NCBI GenBank assembly: GCA_023334545.1
Contig: JAADVB010000040.1
Span: forward strand, 36,880-100,879
DNA length: 64,000 nucleotides
Reading direction: 5' to 3'
DNA from: Salisapilia sapeloensis CBS 127946
Lineage: Eukaryota > Protista > Oomycota
Position 1 is the first letter of the stretch. Every line of letters starts with the position of its first letter. The notes under the pieces were generated by a model, which made no database searches, was not told where the DNA came from, and saw nothing but the letters and a program-made list of their open reading frames with translations. Shown here piece by piece: positions 1 to 10,234 of the stretch. A program made the translations under genes and the position numbers.

Positions 1-3000
1 TCAAATACGATCATCACGACTCAGATCTTACAAGGCATGCAATCGACGGATCAAGCTACTGCCTCGCTATGTCTTCGATTGGCAATGCTCGTCTTCCCTC
101 AACTGTCCATATCTCTTATAAACGATATCGATGCTGCGAATGACCCTATGAATGCCAACGCTGGTGATGTGATTCAAAAAGTGATCGTCTTAGCTGGAGA
201 ACCACACACGGTCCGACCTCGATTATGCTCTCATGAGCTAGGCGTCGAGTGCTCTAGTACACTGCTATGTAACTCTTTGAAGTGCATGAAAGGAAATCGA
301 TGTACGAAATCGGTTGATGTAGAGATGCTAGGTAATCAGGCGTACGAAAGTAGTCACACTAGACAGGTGATCGCTGCTGGTGCAGTGGAACTGTTGCGAT
401 CGTTAATGCTCGTGCCGTCGTGGAAAGCAGCAGTGAATGCGAGCCTTCGTAAAGCACTGTCCAAGTCATCTGGCATGACAGAAATGATGGATAAGCTTTG
501 TGATTACTATGAGAATGTACAGAACAGCTCTGCTGTTGACAACAACGATGCGGGTATTCAGGATGATGTGAACGCAGAAGGCGCAGTGCGAAAAGCTGAG
601 TCTACGGATACGCCAGAAGTGGATGATAACCCGCCGCAAGAGCCTGTGGGGGATACGCTATCACCGGACGAAGCTACGACGAAGCGAGATCATAACGCTC
701 TTCAGCGATGGAAGCAAGCAAAGGAAGCGATTATGAACCTTTCAGCTATCATGGGAGCAACTAGTGTGGTTGGAGGGCATGTCGAACCTCTTCGAGAAGG
801 TGGTAGTGTCATTGTCGTGGGTGAAGATACCAAGAATCAAGCTGGGAAACGTGGTGTACTAGTGAGTGTTTGCAAGGATGCTCTCAAGGTACCTCTTGGC
901 AAGGTCGTCTTCCGAGATGACTACAAAACACTCACTTCATGTGGAAAGGAAGAAAGCTTTTCAATTCCTGCCAATAACTTGTGTGCAGTAGAGAACGTCC
1001 CAGTCGTATTGGACATGTTTGAGAAGGCGGAAAGTGTGCTATTGACCTTGTCTAAGATCTCACTGGGTCAGGGCAAGAATGATAAAGGGAAAGAACGAGA
1101 GTTGGAGCTACCGAATAACACACCAATTCAAGTGATACTGCGCTCCCAGCTACAAACATATCGGAGTCAGCTGCAATGGCGATCCATGAAGGCAGTGTCC
1201 CAGCTTTTGAAGCAGATTCCCACAGCTCAAGCGACGTCATCCAGCACAACTACGGAGTTGGTATGCGACCTCGCTAGCCTCCTTACGACACAAAGTGCAG
1301 TCTTCACCTCCCGTCCTTCTCTCTACAACCACCTAGAACAAAATGAACTCTCTAGCTTCGATGCTCGTGCTGTATTACAAAAGAAGTGGCTTGCAGTCAA
1401 ACAGCGTCAAATGGTCTTAGATGTCGAGCAAGTCGTTGACACTGCTTTGGACGGGGTGGAAGAAGAGGTTCAGCATGAAGTCGTTTGTCAATTTGGAGAA
1501 CAGAATGCCTTTACATGGGGACCTGATGCACTGCAGTCACCTCGTCGTAAATTTGCTGGCTCCAAGAAACAAAATACACGCACACTCGAGAGACCAGCGC
1601 ATAAAGATGAAAGTCAAGGAAACGATGAGAATGTATATCCTGATGGTGCATGGGGAATGCTGCAGCCTCTACCGCCTCTCAACGAGACGGATGCTGCCAG
1701 TTTGCAAGTCTCCGGTCTAGCAGGCTTTGATATGGCTCCGTACCCATTAATGACGCAGATCGTACGCGTCGGTCGTGCAGTCGACTCTTGTGACCTAGTC
1801 GTGAATGACCGCAGCGTCAGCGGACGTCATTTCCACATTCGTCGTCTGTCTCCAGAAGAGAATGGTGGCACAACAGCATTTGAGCTTCAGGACTTTAGTA
1901 AGAATGGAACCATTGTAAACGGAGTTCGTGTTCATGGCACAAGTATCCAGATCACTCCAGGCGCAAGGATTGCATTAATCCTATCACGCGGTGGTCTAGT
2001 GACGTATGAATTCCAAGCTCGAAGCTCTGACACTCATACTACTGTACGAACACGACGAGCTCCACCCTCGATTACGACATCACTACCTCCCTTGTCTGGG
2101 CAGGAGTATCAGCAGACACCGACGGCAGCAGTAGCTCCATCAGAAGAGCCACGCAGTCCATCGGAAATGCAAAATCGTGGTGTTCGAGAGCAAAATCGTA
2201 CACCTGCGGCTTCACAGGATGCGCCTCCGGCAAACGAGCTACGTATCGTTACATCAATTGCTGAGAGTGATGTGCCACGAGCTTTAATTTCACCAAATCC
2301 AGCCGTCGATTCCCCTCGTGCTGGCGGTTTTAACTCACCGCGATCCATGGTGCTGCAACAGCCAGGCACACCGTCCGTTCGGTCATCGCCGGATAATACT
2401 TTCCCGACTATGATGCCAGCACCGGTGGTGCTATCTCCTGCGTCCGCCCAACAGCGTGAGAGTTCTCAAAGTGAAGCACCAGCCCCTAGATACCATGAAG
2501 GGGGCGGTGGGCTTGGAGAAACTTTGAGGATGATTCTTGGTAGAGGTTCTGTGCAGCGGAACGCAAGTAGAAACCAGGTCACACGTACGACGCAACAGAG
2601 TAGTGCCGAAGAATCAAGGACAACTAGTGGAAAAGGCCTTAGTGTATCTCTTTCAGGCAGTCTTCCACACCCACCATCGAATACAAGTGGATCAACTACC
2701 CCGGTTACTGCCGAATCTGCTTTTGCTGAAAGTGGTTTTGATGAAGCTGAAGAGGACGGTAGTCAAGTCTCATTGAATGCGCATCAGATGTCGCTCGTCT
2801 TTGGTATCAACGCTTCCAGCTGCGATCGCATGCTTCAGCAGAGTGGAAATGACATTCGACTAGCTGCTCAGATGCTCATGAATCATCCTCAAGAAGATTC
2901 ATCGGATGTAGACGAAACTTGTAGCTATCTCGCTCTCAGTTCAAATAGCAATGACGTTATGATGGGTATCCACGAAGGTGTGGAAGAGAACCCTAGCTAT

Positions 3001-6000
3001 GCATTGTGTGATACGATCCAGACTCGACCAGATCAACGTCGTCTACTGAAAACTCGTTCTCCTCATAAAGCAACTGGAGCAAAAGATACATCTACTTTGT
3101 CTCTTTGGAGAATTTGTGGTGGATACAATGAGCATATACAGAGTCTCAATTGGTGTGAAGTGGAGCAAGAACAGACGTCACTCGCATACCACCTTTCAAC
3201 GTTATTTGCAGAAGATACATTGATGCAATTGACGAGACTAGCTGCCGATACAGATGCCAAGTGTCTAAATGTACTGAACGATGAACGTATTCTTCGTCTG
3301 CTAGTGACTATGTCTAAGCCAGCGAAAGAGCCGTCCAACTTTTCAACGACTGTAGAAGCTGATGCCAAAACGAACCGCATCCGAGTCGTTCTAGCTAGAC
3401 TTGTGAACAGTACGATCATGTCCATGCAATCCGAGACGATGATCTCGAATCTAAACTCTATCGACAAACTTACGAACTTGTCGATTGAGCTAGAACGAGC
3501 TCAATCAAGTGACACACAAGCACTGGAGAGTCTACTACGGCATTTAATGTCAAGTAGCGAAGGTAGTGAGCATTTGGTGGAGGATCTAGCTCATGAAACC
3601 GTTCGTCACATCTTGTCACGATCGTTTTCCTCCTTGTCTCTATCGGATGCATGGACCGTTTCATCTCAACATACGCTGGATGCGCGATATCCAAAAGGTC
3701 CATTGACGCTTTCATGTGGACTCGATACGCTTGTCACGAATGGATTTGAGCGCATGTGGGGCATTCCATCGGCAGATCCGTTGGTCAAGTACCGTCATCA
3801 ATGGCGCAAGAAGGCACCGACTGCTAGTAAGGAAGTTGATGCGACGAATATGAAGACATGGACTGATCAGCCACTAAGCATCTGGAGGCCGTGTCTCCCA
3901 CTTGACATGGCATTGCCAAGAGGAAACTGGGTTTCTCTAGGTGACGTTATTACGTGTGGTATTGACCCTCCTGAGAGACCTGTGCTCTTTGTCCTTGACC
4001 GATGCGATGGGTCACTTATGCCTCCAAAACGATTCCACCGAGTGGATGTGACAGGTGCTGGTCTACCGATGAATTCAGTTTCAGATGACGAGCTGGAGAG
4101 AAAGCAGATACGATCATTGTGGGTACCGATCGCACCCACTGGGTATGTCGCACTCGGATGTGTCGCTGGAAGTAAAGATGATCCAATGCATCCGCCCGAT
4201 GTAGACTCTATCAGGTGTATTCATGAAGATCTGGTGAATGCGACTAGCAATACGCGCTGTGTTTGGCGTGCAACGACGCAATCCGTCGATGTTTCTCCTT
4301 TAGTAGTAGGCGTTTCATCTCCAAAAAACCAATTAGATGGAGGTCAGCAGGAAGAAGAAGGTGGATTTGAGCTACAGACGTCGCTTTGGTCGATCGACGA
4401 TGACTTTGTTCCTGGCATTTTGCCTATTGTCACTGCGAATGAGGATAATGCTTCTCAGCAAGGCTATACCTTGGCTCTATCTGCGGAAGATCACATTCTA
4501 TGTGCACCTGTGTCGATACAAACGATCAAGTCCTTTGTCAACGCCCTGCTTCTGTGTTGCAAAGAGAGTGGTAGAACGAAGGAAGGGCCCAAGTGTCCCA
4601 TTCCGTCCGAGTTGTGTACCGGTCTATTGGCACTTGTCAAGCAACTGCTTTGTGAGAAGCCGCAGGGTAACTGCAAGCACGCAGTTGAACTACTGCGAAC
4701 GCTTATCTCCTTAATTCAGCGTGGTTGTCCATGGCAGAGCAAAGAAGGGTTGCTCTACTGCCGTTCTATGATCATGGCATTGATGCAAGATCAGGAAGGT
4801 GGACTCATGTACAGCGCCTTGTTACAGGCATTTGTAGAGCTCATGCTCGCTGTGAACGCACAAAACGTTCCGACGCGACGAGAGGAACTAGCTGACTGCG
4901 TTCATGAAGAAAGCGACAAGCTCAGTCTGCCTTACCAGTTCCACTTTAAGCCTGATCTGCATTCCGATCGGGTTCTCAGCCATTCCTCACAACTACATGT
5001 TGCAAGACAAAATGCAGTTGAAAGGAAGTTTGTCGTCAAGTACAATGCAGCTAGCATACCAGCCGCTGCCGACCCCACTCCTTCCTTCTGCTCCTGTCGC
5101 TTTGAGCATACACCAGAGCTCGTGGTGTCTCTAAAGAACAGCGTAAAGGCTGAGATCGTGTACTTTGAAGTGACCGTCCAAGAAATCGCTGAGCCTGGTG
5201 GAAACCCTATGAGTATTGGATTCTCTACCTCTTCCTTTAACCTCGAAGGACCATGCGTCGGAACAGCAACTGACCCATCGCCAACCTATGCATACTTGCC
5301 CAGTGTCGGTAAACCAGAGTGCTCGGACGCTTCAGCAGATTTGTGGAAGTGGAAGGACACTAATACGAGTATCTCTGCCGGTGACGTCGTTGGCTGTGGA
5401 CTACGCGTGGATACGCGAGAGATGTTTGTGACGAAGAATGGTCGTTTATTAGGCATCGCGTTTGCATCCATCTCGAATCCACGACAATTGCATCCAACGG
5501 TCTCGATCAGCACTAGCTGTCAGCTACTGATCAACTTTGGCTCGCCGATTGACAAGACTAGTCTTAAGCCTAACTTTTCATTCCGCTTTTCATCTCTGGA
5601 TTATGACAATCTCATGGTGTCCTTCGACTGGTTTGAGCAACTCATGCAAGTGTACAGTGTCATGCAATCGCTTATGGAACGAGACAAGAGAAATGACGTC
5701 GAGGCGTACATGCCGAGCGAGTTCCTCTTGTCTGCTGATAACTTCTTGTCGGATGTGTGTGAAGACATTTGTGTGCATGTCGAAAGCACTCATCCGTATG
5801 ACACGGAGCTATTGGAATCGACTGTAAGCATGCCGCTGGCAACTTCGATCCGTTTGAAACTGGACCAGGCGTCGGATACTGCAAACGTGCATTGTCTCCA
5901 GATTCTTCAAGGCGGAGAAACGAATGAAAGCAATGAATCGGAAGTTCGAGCTTTCACAGGCGCTTGTGGTGGGCAAGAGGTGACGATCGATGGAGACAGC

Positions 6001-8887
6001 TTCGTCTGGAGGTTCCCTGTGCAGTCAAACTTTCAATGTCGCGTCGATCGTGTGCGTAAGGGTCCTTACCTGCAGCTAGAGAATCGTGACACTCGTCTCT
6101 CACTTTCGAGAGACAAAGGGTGGCAGACGGCAATTGGTGTCGCTCGATTCGAAAGCGGGGTTCATATCTGGGAAGTCCGGATCACATTTGTCACAGCCAG
6201 TTCCAACATCTTCCTAGGCGTCGCGCGTCGTGACGTACGTCTTGACTCTTACCTTGGGAAGGATAACCGTGGATGGGGCTGGATTGGGAATCGAGCGTTG
6301 TGGAATAACGGGAGCAAGCAGCGTGGGACGTATGGAGAAAAGTTTAAGACAGGCGACGTGGTTCGTATGACGCTCGACTTGCGTCGTGGTACGCTGTCGT
6401 ATGCCCTGAACGGACGAGACTTGGGTGTCGCGTTCGGACCTGGTGGCACTGGTCCGAAGCTAGAAGGCGTCTTCTACCCGGGCTTTGCGCTGTATAACCA
6501 GCGCGACTGCATCGACCTCATCGGTGGTCATCGTGTGGAGGATTCAGCGGTTGAAGGCAGTTTCGCCCAAACGATGCAAGAGATGGATGAAGCTTATGAT
6601 GAGATGCATGGGGAGGATTTAGAGGATTTGGAGGAAGGCACGCCTCACTTCCGTATGGAGCTCGCTTCTACACTAAGCCAGCTAGGATTCCCAGTTGAAT
6701 GGTGCTTGTATGCGCTTCGACACTGTGAGGACGATATGGAACAAGCTGCTGACTTTGTTCTGGCCAACATGCCTGCCATGGAAGATCTAGTGAGGGATGA
6801 AGCAGAACTACTACAACGTCGTGCTCGCCGTAGAGAGTTGGCTGCGGAACACGCTGCTGCAGCTACTGAAGACACGAGCTTAACCGATGCTGATCATAGA
6901 CTTGGAAGCGGTGAAAGCACGCCAAGTCCGATCAGAGGACATGATTCAGCAGCTGATGATAAAGCGTCTAGTTCGACTCCAAGTCAAGAGAAATGGGGTA
7001 TTGGCTTCATGGCGGTGCCCGAGTTCTCACTAACAGGTCGTCGACTACTGTCTGTCAAGTATGCCGACAAGCTGCATGAACTTCAAACGTCTCAAGCTAT
7101 ATTTACCAAATCACATGATGAAGCATTAGTACAGATCGTAAATGACATTTGCGAAGCACGAGCTGAAGCTCTATTGACATGTGATCCACTTCGAATGAGT
7201 CCAGAAGAGATTGAATTAACGAGTGAGCACTACCGCCAGTACCCGATCTTGCAGGGTATGCCGCTGTCACTAGTCCAGAAACGGTTCCTTGTGCTACGAA
7301 ACTTTAACTGTCGCCTTCAGAACTCACTTTCCTTGATTGATCTGTCTGTCTCGGATGGAACGTCTTTGCTTGCACAGGGTGCGAAGGAATTGAGAGGACT
7401 CATATTCCAAAATGTAAAGCTCGCATGGTGGTTGAGCATCCTTAAGGAGCAGCAGAGCCCAGCAGCCTCCCGCCCGGAGATTGAGGTAGATCGACAGCGA
7501 GCGAGAGTGGCGACTGCTGTAACCGGTGCAAAGGATACTGTCTTTGCGCAAGTGTTTGACCAGCTTCAGGCGATTCAGCCTCCTCTTCTGAGGTGTGCAG
7601 ATCGTGCATTCAAGTGTCAGTTCGTTGGCGAGTTTGGAGATGACTTTGGCGGTCTCTACCGTGAGTGTGTTGCGCACATGAGCTCTGAGCTTCAGTCGAA
7701 TATGTTACAGCTACTGAAACCTTCTCCGAACGCACTGCATGGTGTCGGTGAGAACCGAGAAGTGTTTGTACCGAACGTCCACTTGAGGAAGTCGCCTCGA
7801 TTGATCAAGATGGCCGAGTTCCTGGGTGAGTTGATGGGTATCGCCATTCGCACCAAGACGCCGTTGGATTTGAATTTACCACGGATCATTTGGAAACGAC
7901 TGGTGGAACAGAGTGTGGACGAAATGGACGTTCAAGTCATCCATCAAGACTGCTTCCAAGTGGTAGAGACAATCAACAACATTGCTTTGCATGGCGTAAC
8001 GGAAAGCATGTTTGAGGAACTTATTGACACGACATTTAGTGTGCTTTCAAGTGCTCAAGAATCGGTGGAGCTTATTCCTGCTGGACATGATGTTCATGTG
8101 ACGTGGGATGACAAGGAGGATTATGCTGAGGCGGTAAAGAATTTCCGTCTCAACGAATTCGATGATGTCTGTGAAGACATTGCTAGAGGCTTAGCGACCA
8201 TGCTACCAGCACCTACGTTGTCATTGATGACCTGGAGAGAGCTTATGACACTTGTCTGTGGTAAACCAAGTGTTGATGTCGGGTTGTTACGTCGTCGCAC
8301 CACGTATGGAGACGGGTGTCAGGCCTCGGATGCACACATTGGGTACTTTTGGGAAGTGCTTGACGAGTTTTCCGAAGTCGAAAAGTCTTCATTCCTACGC
8401 TTTGTCTGGTATGTTAGCTTGTTCATATGTATGCTGAAGAGTGGATGGTGACTTTATGTGTGTTAATAGGGGAAGATCACGACTGCCAACGCATGCAGCA
8501 GACTTTACGCAAGACTTTAAGATCTCTGGGCTTCCGAGATCCGTCGGCAAGCCTGACAGTTATCTACCCATCGCTCATACTTGTAAGTGTCTCAGTGCTT
8601 TTACTATCGAATCTGCCTGTAAATCTCATGTCATGATGTCAACAGGCTTCTTTTCACTGGACTTGCCAGCGTACACAAGCAAGAAGGTTCTGTACGAGAA
8701 ACTACTGTACGCGATCACCAATTGTCTGTCGGTAGATGCGGACAATACGACTGTAGCACAACGTGCAGGTCAAGGTTTGAACTGGTCGACAGCTACGGCA
8801 ACTGCCGCAGCTACGGCTGCTACGGCCACAGTGACGAACGTGATTGCTGGCGTTCGAACGTACGAAGTCGGAACGGATGCTGAATAA
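1..8887 (+). CDS. Giant HERC1/2-like HECT E3 ubiquitin ligase, 5'-partial (frame open from base 1). Exons <1-8408, 8470-8582, 8646-8887. Domains in order: FHA, UBA-like, Vps62-like, two SPRY/B30.2, UBA, HECT
   Basis: FHA motif (VGRAVDSCD..VSGRHF..SKNGTIVNG, ~1750-1980); Vps62-like repeats (PLSIWRP..WVSLGDVI; LWVPIAPTGYVALGCV, ~3740-4400); SPRY motifs (VYFEVTV..GDVVGCGL ~5150-5550; GVHIWEV..GDVVRMTLDLRRGTLSY ~6150-6500); UBA (LSQLGFPVEWCLYAL ~6670); HECT (FVGEFGDDFGGLYRE, FLRFVW|GRSRLP, AHTC|FFSLDLPAY). GT-AG introns 8409-8469 (61 nt) and 8583-8645 (63 nt) restore the frame; the second splits the catalytic Cys codon (T|GC). Confidence 0.92.
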
Positions 8888-8943
8888 GTAATGAGACGAG
8901 ATAAAAACAAATACATCAATTTGCATATTTTCATCAGAGAATA

Positions 8944-10032
8944 TCATCGTTGATTTCCTTGGAGCTTACGAACTGGTACAGTCTTTAATAATGCCCGCGT
9001 CCAGTCTCGATGATTCATGTATTCGTTGAGTGCAATGACGACGGAATCGACGTTTAAGACAGGATTGCGAATCTGCAAATGTTCTTGAAGTGGAAGTCTA
9101 GCTGTTCGATAGCCACCTTCTTGTGCTTTTTCCAACGATTCATTCTAGTTTCGTGGACCTGGTTACAATTGTGAATGAAGGTGAGTGGACAGTATAGAGT
9201 ACCTTTCGGACAGTACGATCGGCGATACCACCAATGACGTAGACAGTTTCAGGATCGACGGTGTCTAACACTTCACTTGCATCGGGAGACAAGTAAACGG
9301 TTTCAGATGTTGTATAGATATCTGTCACAGACTCTTTATGGAGATATATCTGTTTAAAATCAGTTGGAATGCTTTCAGAATAGAGGACGAACATTTTAAA
9401 TACTACCTTCCAATGTGGAAGTCCATGCTTTATGGCAAACTGCTCTGCCTGACCTGTGCATGATGCGACGTGGAGAGAAATCAGCCTGTCGAGTGGACAC
9501 CGCTTCATGTAGCCATAAACATTCGATAATTGCTTCAGGACGCTGTTGCACTCCTGTCAGCAGGTTCCAAATAAAGGCTTGTGAGTGCGAGTAGACTGCA
9601 TGGTAATTACGCAAATTATGTACTTTTTTGCTTTGTGTAGAAGTGAATGATAGGTCCACTACAACACGAGGTCCACTAAGCATCCCTTCATCCAGCTTTT
9701 GCTACATCAACGTAATGTCAGTCAAGTGTACAACGTGTACTTGTTTACAACCATAGTTATACATATTGCTCAACACGTTGCATCATGATCATTTCCCTTC
9801 TTTCACGGCGCTGCTCTTCCGTCCAAGTTCCCTGTTCATCTTCGCGAGCCTTGGAGTTGGCTAGCTTTCGCTGCCTTAAGCTATTGTCCTGGCGCTTGCG
9901 TCTATTTGCAAGTCTATCTTCTCGAAATTTGCGGCTCCTACTTTTCTTTTGCCATGTTTGGAACATCCAAAGCCCTAAAGCAGCAATAGTAGTAGCACAC
10001 ACAAGCGAGAAAGCAGCCTGCTTCGTCCACAT
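8944..10032 (-). CDS. TRM10: tRNA m1G9/m1A9 SPOUT methyltransferase (Trm10 family), ~280 aa, 5 exons (10032-9763, 9701-9624, 9553-9407, 9349-9203, 9144-8944), with an N-terminal hydrophobic segment
   Basis: Spliced product has Trm10 motifs RVVVDLSF, KQLSNVYG, VYLSPDASEVL, VYVIGGIADR, TARLPL, VLNVDSV. Four GT-AG introns (61, 70, 57, 58 nt), all phase 0, give an open frame. Confidence 0.88.
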
Positions 10033-10150
10033 GATCACCTCCGATCCAATTGACAATAAGATGTCACAATTCGTTGTTTTTCAAAGCTAGGTACGTATAC
10101 ATATATAATCCCTGTATAGATGTCCAATGCAACAAATGTTTGTATCCACT

Positions 10151-10160
10151 TTTGATTGGC
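10151..10160. promoter_or_regulatory. CCAAT box (TTTGATTGGC) in the ~200-nt divergent promoter between TRM10 and the 915-aa gene
   Basis: Exact match to the oomycete CCAAT consensus TYTGATTGGC as I recall it, lying between two head-to-head start codons (10032 and 10235). Confidence 0.6.
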
Positions 10161-10234
10161 GTTCATTTAAACGAAGCCATTCGATTGATTGAAAATCAAT
10201 CCTGACCAACGCAAGTATCAACCAAAGGACGAGC

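Noticed and set aside
8770-8845. Ala/Thr repeat (TATATAAATAATAT) after the HECT domain as a tandem repeat element
   Set aside because: It is a short low-complexity coding tail of the ligase, not an independent repeat.
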